Shown here: positions 18,801 to 27,304 of the stretch, piece by piece
How positions within the stretch are numbered: position 1 is the stretch's first letter
Layout of the letters: each line of letters opens with the position of its first letter
DNA from: Acidimicrobiia bacterium
Lineage (GTDB): Bacteria; Actinomycetota; Acidimicrobiia; IMCC26256; PALSA-610
NCBI GenBank assembly: GCA_038238245.1
Contig: JBBRXX010000027.1
Location: 154-64,153 of the forward strand
DNA: 64,000 nt
Direction: 5' to 3'
Translations under genes and position numbers: made by a program
The notes under the pieces: generated by a model
The model's database searches: none
Seen by the model: the letters and a program-made list of their open reading frames with translations, nothing else
Told to the model about the DNA's origin: nothing

Positions 18801-20714
18801 CGCGCCGAGGCGCTGGTGCAGCGTGGCGAGCACGACGGCGCCGTGCAATACGCCCGTGATGCGGTCGCGCTCGCCGCGCCTACCGACGCGTTGCTCGACC
18901 ACGCCGACGCGCGCATGGCCCTCGCGATCGCGTTACACGCCGCCGGACGCGTCGACGACGCGAGGATTGAGACCGACCGCGCGACGGAACTGTGGGACAC
19001 GAAGGGCGCAACGCTTCTCGCGGAACGCGCCCGCGGGGCGCACGCGCCAGTTGCGGAGCGGGAGGTCGATCGCGACACGACCGCAGAGATCGCGGCGTAC
19101 TTCGAGAACGTCGCGGCGAGTACGATGTCGCGCACCGTCGAGGCTCTCAACCGTGAAGACTGGGCGGTGTTCGTTTCGTTCCTGGCGCCACACTACGTGC
19201 AGCACGACAGACGACGATTCGGCGCGGGTGCCGAGATCGACCTCGAAGACTATCTCGCGACGAATCGTGACGCGATGGCCTTCGGGACGTCGTGGACAAT
19301 CTCGCTTCTCGCGACGCGCGAACAGCACCTCTCGCTGCACAGGGCTCGGTGGAGTGCGGCGCGCAAGGCGACGGCTGCGAGCGAGCTCGACTTCCTCACG
19401 CTCGACGAGGTCGACGCCTCGGGACAACGCGTCTTCAGCGCGCTCTTCGATGCCGACGACGTTGACGCGGCATTTGCAGAGCTCGACGCGCGCGTGCTGG
19501 ACGGCGAAGCGCTGGCGTACGCCCAGACCGTTTCGGAGCATGATTGGTGTGCGCTTCGGGCGCTGCTCGCCGACGATCACGTCCTCGTCGACCACCGGCC
19601 GATCGGTTGGGGCACGCTGCACGGACCGGACGCGTACGTCGAGATGTTCCGGACGTTCGGCGAACTGACACGCGATCTCCGCCTCGTGATGTACCACCGT
19701 GCGCACCGGGGCGGCGCCGTGCTCTCGGTGGGCGCGACGAAGGGTCAGGGAGACGGTGGTCCCTTCGAGAACCCGCTGGTCAGTGTGTCCGAGTACGACA
19801 AGGCCGGTCGGATTCGACGGCGAGAGATGTATCCACTCGACCAGTTCGCGAACGCACGGAAGCGGTTCGAGTCATTCTCGGGCGAGGTGCGGGACTCGAC
19901 GGTGGAGACGCACGGCTTCGAGAACCTCGTCACCGCGAACATACGCCGGTTCGTCGCATCCTTCGATGCTCGCGACTGGTCCGGTGTGGCCGACACGATC
20001 GCGAGCGACGGCCGCTATGACGATCGCCGTGACCTCCTTGGCACGACGATCCTCGAGGCGACGCGCCTCCTCTTCGACGTTCCGTCGCTCTTCTGGGACT
20101 ACGACGTCGTCGCGACCCGCGGCGAGTACCTCGCCCTTTCGAAGATCCGTCTCCACGGCGCCTCCGACGAAACGACGTTCGCAGATGAGCACTACTCGCT
20201 GCTCGAGGTCGACGAGCAGGGACGCGTGGCGAGAAGCATGCTGTTCGCCGCCGACGATATCGACGGGGCGTACGACGCGCTCGACACGCGCTACCTCGCG
20301 CGTGCTGATCCGGGAACCGCGCGTTCGATCGCGGCCGCGCGAGCGCACACGCAGGCGGTCGCAATGCAGGACTTGGACGCGTTGGCGCCGATGCACGCTG
20401 ATGACTTCGTCGCCGAGGATCATCGTCCCGTCGGATGGGGAACATATAACGGGGTCGCCGCCTACCTCGATCTCATTCGGTCGCTGGGCACGATGTCGCG
20501 CAGGTTGCGAGTCCGCGTCTATCACTCTGTCAGCAAAGGCCGGATGATGCTCGAGGTCGTGACGCTGTTCGGCGACGGCGACGCGGGACCCTTCGAGATT
20601 CCAACCGTGGCTCTGTGGGAACGCGACGAAGACACGCGTCTACGTCGCTGGGACGTCTACGGCATCGACCAGCTCGCCGAAGCACGGCAGCGGTTCGAGA
20701 GCGCGACGGCGTAG
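15774..20714 (+). CDS. Double zinc ribbon + class III adenylate cyclase + STAND ATPase + TPR-like region + four SnoaL-like domains
   Basis: Four CxxC; FADLVGST, KLMGDG, DVVGDPVNVAARL; GSPGLGKS, LDDLHWA; repeated DW..DHRPxGWG units; alternative start ATG 15819. Confidence 0.92.
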   Translation: MAERSPFLRRLRNADMECASCGKPNREGARYCAGCGAPLVERCPTCGTEREPGARFCDSCGSQFSPAGAVSGRSTRKTVTVVFADLVGSTSLQERTDAESVRHLMEQYYAIVRAAIESHGGTVVKLMGDGVMAVFGVPNVAEDDALRAVRGAVAAQEAFTRMAGDVAGRMGALAMRVGVNTGEVVVSEGNDDVVGDPVNVAARLEQEAANGGVLIGETTRRLVHHKVTLAAAGELALKGRADPVAAFRVVSLQVPSAPAATVFVGREHELDRLTAVYADAVGSAHSRLAMVIGSPGLGKSRLIGEVAHEVSAQSIVLLGRCDHAGGATFAPFADALRSLTELDEGADADTAREAIARLVGEREPEGDRIISGVTSLLGGAAPSTEEAFWAVRRFLRVLALRRPVLLVLDDLHWAEPLLLDLIEHIVEWSDDVPLFLLGAARSELRDTRAALTVPGTTVSDIVTLGGLDARAATRLAADVLGADELPAAVAGHVLAASAGNPLFLRELVRMLVDDGAVVRSGDRWTATVELAEREIPPTIQALLAARLERLRPDERTVLERAAVVGDQFSRAAVEHLLPTTVRTDLDAHLEALRRRELVERDTGWFLGEPVYRFHHVLIHDAAYRRLLKGARADLHVEFADWLQASAGDALAEHDETLGWHLEQAHQHLRELGPLDERGRACGVRAAHHLATAGRAAFGRDDVAAAAGLFGRALAGIERADDERTELMLDWCEALLAVGDVKNAARAVDELREAIGDSRRLHAWHACLAGQLAVLTAPQRLRETADDVAQAAVTLAADNDDAGAATAHWVHALALSRLGEVGATEAALDRALAAARRAGDRRRANAVLAEAPLAALAGPSPVTRASGRCLDVVRVLRITAGAPAVEAVALRCQAVLEALRDRVDAARRMIDASRRIVEDLGVAPRILETDMFAGMIELLAGEPVAAERLLRTAYDGFRSRGLRVSAAQSAALLAHAVLDQGRPADAEALSIASEELAGDDLKAGIAWRGVRAEALVQRGEHDGAVQYARDAVALAAPTDALLDHADARMALAIALHAAGRVDDARIETDRATELWDTKGATLLAERARGAHAPVAEREVDRDTTAEIAAYFENVAASTMSRTVEALNREDWAVFVSFLAPHYVQHDRRRFGAGAEIDLEDYLATNRDAMAFGTSWTISLLATREQHLSLHRARWSAARKATAASELDFLTLDEVDASGQRVFSALFDADDVDAAFAELDARVLDGEALAYAQTVSEHDWCALRALLADDHVLVDHRPIGWGTLHGPDAYVEMFRTFGELTRDLRLVMYHRAHRGGAVLSVGATKGQGDGGPFENPLVSVSEYDKAGRIRRREMYPLDQFANARKRFESFSGEVRDSTVETHGFENLVTANIRRFVASFDARDWSGVADTIASDGRYDDRRDLLGTTILEATRLLFDVPSLFWDYDVVATRGEYLALSKIRLHGASDETTFADEHYSLLEVDEQGRVARSMLFAADDIDGAYDALDTRYLARADPGTARSIAAARAHTQAVAMQDLDALAPMHADDFVAEDHRPVGWGTYNGVAAYLDLIRSLGTMSRRLRVRVYHSVSKGRMMLEVVTLFGDGDAGPFEIPTVALWERDEDTRLRRWDVYGIDQLAEARQRFESATA

Positions 20715-20759
20715 CGTTCGAATGCGTCGACCCTTGAGACATACGGGTCCGAAAATGGC

Positions 20760-21782
20760 TTACGTAGAAGCGTCAGCGCCGTGATTCAACAGCTCTGCAA
20801 TCGCGCCGGGTTGCTTGAGTGTGCGGAAATCTCGCACTGAGTACGAGGTGAGCACGCTGTCGGTCGATGCGCGCGCTGTCGCCGCGCGCTGAAGGCCGAA
20901 CAGCGGCGCGAGCTCGCCGAAGTAGTCGCCGGGACGAGCGACGGCAAGTGTCTCGCTCGTACCGTCGATCAATGTTCGTACGAGTTCGATCTCGCCGTTC
21001 TCGACGACGTAGACACGATCGCCCGGATGACCCTGCACGAACAGCACTTCTCCGGCGCCGAGTGTCACCTGCTCGGGCGGACCTCCATCCGATACGGCGT
21101 GCGGCGTGAGTTCCACGACATCGTCCGCGAGTGGGATCATCCGTTCGTCGTGCGTGGCGACGACGACGACCCTTCCGGGAGACGCGAGAGACCGGAGCAG
21201 TCGGAGCAATCCATCCACCTGTATGTAGTCGAGGTGCGCCGTCGGTTCGTCCGCGAGGATCAGTGGTGGATTGTGCGCGAGTGCTCGGGCGATCGCGACT
21301 CGCTGTTGCTGGCCGCCGGACATGTCGGCGGGTCTGTGACTGAGCCGGTCGCCAAGTCCGACCTGTTCGAGCAGATGGCTCGCGTGCGGTCGGGCCCGAC
21401 CGTGCGACACGCCGGCGCTTCGAAGCGGCAACATCACGTTCTCGAGCGCGGTCAGGCTCGGAATCAGATTGAACGACTGGAAGATGACACCGACGGTGTT
21501 GCGGCGGTATTGCATGAGCGCACGGCCCCGGAGCTCGCCCACGTTGGTGTCGCCAACGTGAATGCTTCCCGACTTTGGGGTCAGGATGGCGGCGAGTGCC
21601 GACAGGAGTGAGGACTTTCCGCAGCCGCTCGCTCCGAGCAGGAGCACGAGCTTGCCCGATGCGACGGTCAGGTTGAACCCGTCGATGGGTCGGATCGCGT
21701 AGCCGCCGCTCGAGTATTCGATCGTCAGATCCTTGATGACGACGTCACCAGCTGTTCGCTCCGATGCCGCAACCGTCGCCAC
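20760..21782 (-). CDS. ABC ATP-binding protein with C-terminal cyclic-nucleotide-binding domain
   Basis: [22 protein letters not shown]; [16 protein letters not shown]. Confidence 0.92.
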   Translation of the reverse strand: MATVAASERTAGDVVIKDLTIEYSSGGYAIRPIDGFNLTVASGKLVLLLGASGCGKSSLLSALAAILTPKSGSIHVGDTNVGELRGRALMQYRRNTVGVIFQSFNLIPSLTALENVMLPLRSAGVSHGRARPHASHLLEQVGLGDRLSHRPADMSGGQQQRVAIARALAHNPPLILADEPTAHLDYIQVDGLLRLLRSLASPGRVVVVATHDERMIPLADDVVELTPHAVSDGGPPEQVTLGAGEVLFVQGHPGDRVYVVENGEIELVRTLIDGTSETLAVARPGDYFGELAPLFGLQRAATARASTDSVLTSYSVRDFRTLKQPGAIAELLNHGADAST

Positions 21783-21783
21783 G

Positions 21784-22827
21784 TCAGCCTCCGAACGCGA
21801 GCGCAGGATCGATCGAGAGCGCGCGCCGCACGCCGGCGATCGCGGCGAGCGAGCCGACGACTATGGAGACGACGATGAGCAGCGCATACGCAAGCAAGGG
21901 GACGTCGACGGCCATCGGAAAGAGCGGAGCGAGCGCGAACGAGAAGGCGATCGCAACCGCCGCGGCCGTGAGCGACAACACAATCGCCTGCGAAGCGAGA
22001 CCCGCGAGTACGAAATGGTTCGGCGAACCGATTGCCTTCAAGACCGCGAAGTCTCGAGTCCGCTCGAGCGCCGACACGTAGAGGATCGCTCCGATGATCC
22101 CCGCCGCGATCGCCCACAGCAGAATGTCGAGCAACCCGATGGTCTGCGAGGCCATTCGCACCGGCCGCCGCAGGTCGCTGAGCACTTTCATGTTGTCGAG
22201 CACCGTGAGCTCGGGCCCGAGCCTCTCCGGGACACCGCGGGTCACAATAGTGGTGGCAAGGGGCTGCGCCGAGAACAACATCGCTTGGGCGTCGCGCAGT
22301 GTGAGGAAGCCCGCGGCGATGCCGCCCAGGTAGGACACGCCCGTGGTCGTGCCGACGACGGTGAAGTCGCGGGTTCCGATCAGAATATGGTCGCCGAGCT
22401 GTCGTTCCAGCCGAGCGTCGACGACGATCTCCCCGTCGCGACGGACCGCGCGACCGGAGCGCACATGCGGCGTGACGAACCCACCTGGGTCGTAGCCGAT
22501 GACGTTCATGTCGGCGAGGCCGGGCAGGCGAACGGTCTGGAGCGCGAGGACGAGCGGCGTGGCAGCCGTGACGCCCGGCGCCGCCGCGACCATCGTCGAG
22601 AGCGACGCGGGCATTGTCTCGGTGCTCGTAAATGCTCCGCTGACCCCGGCGGGCAACACCCACGCGTCGGCGCCGATCGCCTTGACCGTGCTGCTCGTCT
22701 CGTTGCGAAGCGAAGCGGTGAGTCCGCTCAACACGAGCGTGATCGCGAAGACGAGCGCCGCGGCGAGTGTCGCGACAACGAATCTACGACGTCGCCAGAC
22801 CAGGTCGCGGAAACCGACCAACCACAT
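21784..22827 (-). CDS. ABC permease (MacB/FtsX type)
   Basis: RDLVWRRRRF; ERTRDFAVLKAIG; DPALAFGG. Confidence 0.92.
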   Translation of the reverse strand: MWLVGFRDLVWRRRRFVVATLAAALVFAITLVLSGLTASLRNETSSTVKAIGADAWVLPAGVSGAFTSTETMPASLSTMVAAAPGVTAATPLVLALQTVRLPGLADMNVIGYDPGGFVTPHVRSGRAVRRDGEIVVDARLERQLGDHILIGTRDFTVVGTTTGVSYLGGIAAGFLTLRDAQAMLFSAQPLATTIVTRGVPERLGPELTVLDNMKVLSDLRRPVRMASQTIGLLDILLWAIAAGIIGAILYVSALERTRDFAVLKAIGSPNHFVLAGLASQAIVLSLTAAAVAIAFSFALAPLFPMAVDVPLLAYALLIVVSIVVGSLAAIAGVRRALSIDPALAFGG

Positions 22828-22881
22828 CGTTGCATCACCTCACGTCGCCGATCAGCCGACGAAGCTATCGGTCAGTATTCA

Positions 22882-23820
22882 TCAGGGAAAGGGCACCTGC
22901 TCAGCGATGTAGTCGTCCTGCTCGCCCGCTCGCGAGGCGTGGACGGAATCGGAGCCGACTTGCCCACGCGATGTCGAGCCGGCGAACCCGGCGAGGCGCA
23001 CGACCGCGTACAACATGACGACTATCGAGAGCCCTATGAGGGCGTTCGCGATGTCGTTCTCTCCTCGGATGCGTTCATGAAAGATCGATGCGCCGAGCAG
23101 TGCAGAGACCAGCGGCTCGGTGGCTTCGAGCCCGGGGAGCGACGCCGAGAGCGATTCGCCTTGGAAGCTGTTCTGCGTAAACAGGATTCCGACGATCGAC
23201 GCGGTTGCGAGCGCGTAGACCTCCCAATGGGACGCCAAATTGGGGACACCGTTCTCGAGCTGGCTCACGAACGTTTTCGTCAACGCCGCGTTGATGCCGA
23301 ACAACGCGCCGGCGGAACAACCGAACAGTGCAGCACGCACATGACCATGTGAACAGACTGCGCCGACCACGCATGCCGCGCTGAACAGGACGACTGGACC
23401 GGCGAACGTCAGCCACCGTGCTGCAGATGCGTGGTCGCTTCCCCCTGACGGCGCGGCCGCGATGAGGAAGCACGCGAGCCCGGCGCACAGCAAGAGCGCG
23501 TGGACCCACTCCCGGCGACCAAGCTTCCGCCCACTCCAGCGAGCGCTCAAGGGCAACGCGAACAGCAAGCCGCACGCGAGCAGGGGCTGCACAAAGAGCA
23601 ACCCTCCGAAGGCGAGCGCTGCGGCATGCAGACCAAACGCGCCCGTTTCGGCACCATAACCAAGGAGCCATTGACGCGATCGAGCGAGACGTCCGAGGAG
23701 CGCGACATTCACGCCCGACACGACTGGGAACTCGACGGCGACACGATGCTCCAGCGCGTTCCCCAAGCCGAACAGCGCAGCCGCCCCCAGCGCGAAGATA
23801 ACCGCGAGGGGGCTACTCAT
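22882..23820 (-). CDS. DMT-superfamily transporter
   Basis: About 9 TM helices; LLFVQPLL..LLFALP; SLPGLEATEPLVS. Confidence 0.85.
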   Translation of the reverse strand: MSSPLAVIFALGAAALFGLGNALEHRVAVEFPVVSGVNVALLGRLARSRQWLLGYGAETGAFGLHAAALAFGGLLFVQPLLACGLLFALPLSARWSGRKLGRREWVHALLLCAGLACFLIAAAPSGGSDHASAARWLTFAGPVVLFSAACVVGAVCSHGHVRAALFGCSAGALFGINAALTKTFVSQLENGVPNLASHWEVYALATASIVGILFTQNSFQGESLSASLPGLEATEPLVSALLGASIFHERIRGENDIANALIGLSIVVMLYAVVRLAGFAGSTSRGQVGSDSVHASRAGEQDDYIAEQVPFP

Positions 23821-23901
23821 TCGGTGGCGAGTCCGCGATGGAGATGCGTGATGGTTGTAGGAGTGAAGCGACGTTGTCAACATCATCTCCGGTCACCGCG
23901 A

Positions 23902-24780
23902 TCACGGAGCAGTCGCACCTGGTTCGACGCGCATCACGGCGTCGAGTGCCGGGTACGGTGGACCCTCGCGTAAGGCGTTGAGCAGTTCTCGCGCAGCTCG
24001 TTGCCCGTTCGGAAGTTGGTCGCCTGGATCCCAGCGCCATGCTGCGACCATCGCCAGAACGAGGACCCGGCACTCGCGGAGCAATTCTCGATCAGCGTCC
24101 GGAGAGCGCTCGCTGACCTCCTCGGGGACATGGGCAAGGTCGAATTCGACTGGCCCACGACAGCAGGTCTCGAGGTCGATGAACAGCGGCCCGTTCTTCG
24201 TGCGGAGCACGTTGCCCGGGTGCGGCTCGCCGTGCAGCAACTGCTCGGCGACGCCGCGGTCGCCGATCGCTCGTCGCAGGCTTCGTAGCGTGTGGCTGAG
24301 AAGCTCCCGGTCCGCGTCCGCGAGCGCCGGCGTGCGGTCACGGCTCCCAACGAGTTGTTGCGCCTCGGCGACTCGGTCCGTGAAGTGTGGCGTCGTGACA
24401 TCGAGCTTCCGCATGCCGGCGTGCAACCGCTCGAGCGCAATGGCGTAGTCGGCTGGTGAGACCTCTCGAGGTGACAGAGATTCGTAGTAGGTCCACAGCG
24501 TGACCACGAAGCCATCACGCTCGTAGACACGCGGCTCGACTCGAGGCTCGAGAGCGGCCACGGGGCTCTCGGTTTCGGCGAGCCGTTGCGCAAGGTCGAC
24601 TTCGAACTGTGCGACCTGGTGCGCGACATGTGCGACTCGGGCAAAGACGTCACAAGGCAGCAGGCGCAGCGCGAGCTTGTTCGAGTCGTGGAGAACGATC
24701 GCATCGTCGACTGCCAGGCCAAGCGTTGAGGCGGTCGACATGGCCGCAGCCACCGCACGCCGAACATCTGATGCCTGCAT
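23902..24780 (-). CDS. Aminoglycoside phosphotransferase-family protein
   Basis: LHGEPHPGNV, FIDLE. Confidence 0.88.
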   Translation of the reverse strand: MQASDVRRAVAAAMSTASTLGLAVDDAIVLHDSNKLALRLLPCDVFARVAHVAHQVAQFEVDLAQRLAETESPVAALEPRVEPRVYERDGFVVTLWTYYESLSPREVSPADYAIALERLHAGMRKLDVTTPHFTDRVAEAQQLVGSRDRTPALADADRELLSHTLRSLRRAIGDRGVAEQLLHGEPHPGNVLRTKNGPLFIDLETCCRGPVEFDLAHVPEEVSERSPDADRELLRECRVLVLAMVAAWRWDPGDQLPNGQRAARELLNALREGPPYPALDAVMRVEPGATAP

Positions 24781-24875
24781 CTTCGCCTTACCTCGCCGCC
24801 GTGCGCCCGGAGATCTCGAGGCGTGCAACCAGTGCACGATACGCACCGGTGGCCGCCGCTTGATCTAATGCGCTC

Positions 24876-25655
24876 ATGGGAAGATCGTTCGACTCGCTCG
24901 TGGACGAAGGGGCCGAAGTCTCGGTCGAGGGCTGGGACTTCTCCTGGCTGGATGGTCGCGCCACGGAGGGGCGCCCTTCGTGGGGCTATCAACGTCTGCT
25001 CCGCGATCGGCTCGCCACCGCGACGGCCGCGCTGGACATCCAGACCGGTGGTGGCGAGGTGCTCGCCGGCGCCGGAGCCGAGAACTTCCCACCGACACTG
25101 GTCGCCACAGAGGGATGGCAGCCCAACGTCGCGCGGGCGACGGCGCTGCTTCATCCGCTCGGCGCCGTCGTGGTCGCCGACCCCGAGGAGCCGCCTCTGC
25201 CGTTCGCCGGCGACGCGTTCGACCTGGTGACGAGTCGCCATCCGGCAACTGTCTGCTGGGCGGAGATCGCCAGAGTGCTCGCGTCCGGCGGCGCGTACTT
25301 CGCGCAGCACGTCGGGAGCGGGACCAACGTCGAGATCAGCGAGTACTTCCTCGGACCCCTGGAATCCAGCCAGGGGCGACATCACGAGATCGAGGCCGAG
25401 CAAGCGCGGGCGGCAGGCTTGGAGATCGTTCAGTGCCGAAACGAGCGTCTGCGCCTTGAGTTCTTCGACGTGGGAGCGATGGTGTTCTTCCTTCGCAAGG
25501 TGATCTGGACCGTCCCCGACTTCACCGTGGACCGCTACCGCGACCGCCTGAAGGACTTGCACGAGCAGATCGAGCGCGATGGCGTCTTCCACTCGACCAC
25601 GTCTCGGACGCTCTTCGATGTCCGCAAGCCGCCCGCCGAGCGCCGCCTGCAGTGA
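24876..25655 (+). CDS. Class I SAM-dependent methyltransferase
   Basis: GWDFSWL, LDIQTGGGE, LPFAGDAFDLV. Confidence 0.9.
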   Translation: MGRSFDSLVDEGAEVSVEGWDFSWLDGRATEGRPSWGYQRLLRDRLATATAALDIQTGGGEVLAGAGAENFPPTLVATEGWQPNVARATALLHPLGAVVVADPEEPPLPFAGDAFDLVTSRHPATVCWAEIARVLASGGAYFAQHVGSGTNVEISEYFLGPLESSQGRHHEIEAEQARAAGLEIVQCRNERLRLEFFDVGAMVFFLRKVIWTVPDFTVDRYRDRLKDLHEQIERDGVFHSTTSRTLFDVRKPPAERRLQ

Positions 25656-25658
25656 GTG

Positions 25659-25756
25659 GCCGACGTCTCTGCGAAATCGCAAGTGAACTGGATCTCGCGT
25701 ACCCTGGTTCGGTGGCCGAAAGATCTCCGTTCTTGCGGCGACTTCGGAACGCAGAT
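25659..25756 (+). repeat. 98-bp direct repeat, copy 2
   Basis: Matches 15721-15818; covers the promoter and first 15 codons of the 25712 gene. Confidence 0.95.
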
Positions 25757-26581
25757 CTTCGCCTCGTGTATCGGGTGCTTCCGCTCGTCATCGTGGCGGT
25801 GCTCGCCAAGCTCGCGATTCATGCTCTCAACTGGGACACTGTTTCGCTCAATCCGCTCCACTCGGGCCTCGTAGCGGGGACCGTCTTCCTGATCGGGTTC
25901 CTCCTCGCGGGGACGCTCACGGACTACAAGGAGAGCGAGAAGCTGCCGGGGGAGATCGCGGGACGGAGCGAGGCGATCGCCGATGAGTGCGAGATCCTGT
26001 ATCGGGAGTCGCAGGCGCCGGTCGCACTGCAGTGCCTGCAAACGGTCGGCAGATTCGCGGCGGCAGTCAACGAGTGGTTGCACGGTCGGGCGCGAGTCGA
26101 CGGTGCCCTCGAGTGCATCGACGAGTTGAACCGATGGTTCCGTGAGTTCCAACCGCTGACACAACCGGGCTATATCGTCCGGCTCAAGCAGGAGCAGAAT
26201 CTCTTGCGGTTGCTCGTCATCCGGATCGACACGATCAAGGAGACGTCGTTCGTCGGTGCCGGCTATGTGGTCGCGAAAATCGTCGCGTTCCTGCTCGTCA
26301 TCGGGCTGCTCGTTGCCGAAAGTACACCGCTCGCGGCTGACTGCTTTCTCATCGGTTCGATCACATTCCTGCTTTCGTACATGATCGGGCTCATCAAGGA
26401 CATGGACAACCCGTTCGAGTATGCGGGGGTTCAGCATGGAACCGTCGAGGTGTCGCTTGCAGCACTCGATCGACTCGAGCAGCGCATCCTTCGAGAGCGC
26501 GAACTGCTGCTCGACGCCGATGTGCGTACTGCCGAAGAGTCGACCGCGACGCCTGAGATCAACCTGACGCGACGCGTCTAG
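25712..26581 (+). CDS. Four-TM membrane protein (bestrophin/DUF4239-like)
   Basis: 2+2 TM layout; LIKDMDNPF motif; leaderless-type GTG start. Confidence 0.7.
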   Translation: MAERSPFLRRLRNADLRLVYRVLPLVIVAVLAKLAIHALNWDTVSLNPLHSGLVAGTVFLIGFLLAGTLTDYKESEKLPGEIAGRSEAIADECEILYRESQAPVALQCLQTVGRFAAAVNEWLHGRARVDGALECIDELNRWFREFQPLTQPGYIVRLKQEQNLLRLLVIRIDTIKETSFVGAGYVVAKIVAFLLVIGLLVAESTPLAADCFLIGSITFLLSYMIGLIKDMDNPFEYAGVQHGTVEVSLAALDRLEQRILRERELLLDADVRTAEESTATPEINLTRRV

Positions 26582-26633
26582 ACCCAGAGCGCGCGATTCT
26601 GACACACCGTCTTCCGAGGCCACGAGCGAAGGT

Positions 26634-27150
26634 TCACGCGACTCGGCCCCGCGAGCTCGGCCCGAACGGAGAGGACCGTCCTTCGCTCGACGAACAATCG
26701 ACGCGATCTGCGCAGCGAGATCGCCGTTGCGCGAGAGCGTCGGCGTCGGGAGTTTTCGGCAGCGGCCAGTGCAGCCGCGGCTTCGCCCGCGACCGCGGCG
26801 TCTCCGAACCCGCGGCCGCAGTCAGCAAGGCGCGCGCGGCACCCGCATCGCCTGACGCGGCGGCCGCTCTGCTCATCGCGAGCAGGTCGCGACCGCGCAG
26901 CTCCGCGTCGCGCTCGGTCATTTCGTGGTGCACACGGACGGCTTCCTCGTGCGCATCGTCGCCACAGTCAGGAAGGTCTGACGCCGCATGCGTGCCGACG
27001 ATACAAGCGGCTGAATCGCGCGTCGACGTCACTTCACTTTGACAGCTTGCGCCGGGCGACGACGCACGGATGGTTGCAGTTCGCCGCAGGGAGACCCGAA
27101 GAGTCGTCGCCGCGCCATGATCGCATCGGTCCTGAAGAGCGGACTCCATG
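26634..27150 (-). pseudogene. Probable gene debris
   Basis: Short Ala-rich helical coding-like pieces without a coherent start. Confidence 0.25.
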
Positions 27151-27304
27151 AACCTTGCACCGATCGCACCGACGACGTGCGAAGGGTGAGAGTACGCCCC
27201 TCCGACACGACTTGAATCACCCCTGGGGTCCGAGGCCGACCGACCTCTGCCAGTGTCATGCGATGCCGACCGTCGCGCAACGCGACGGTCATGGCGCTCG
27301 TACG

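Noticed and set aside
21733-25682. Long alternative ORFs such as 21733..23352 and 23934..25682 (also 781..2178, 11381..12970)
   Set aside because: Arg/Pro-rich antisense or off-frame shadows of well-supported genes, typical of high-GC DNA.
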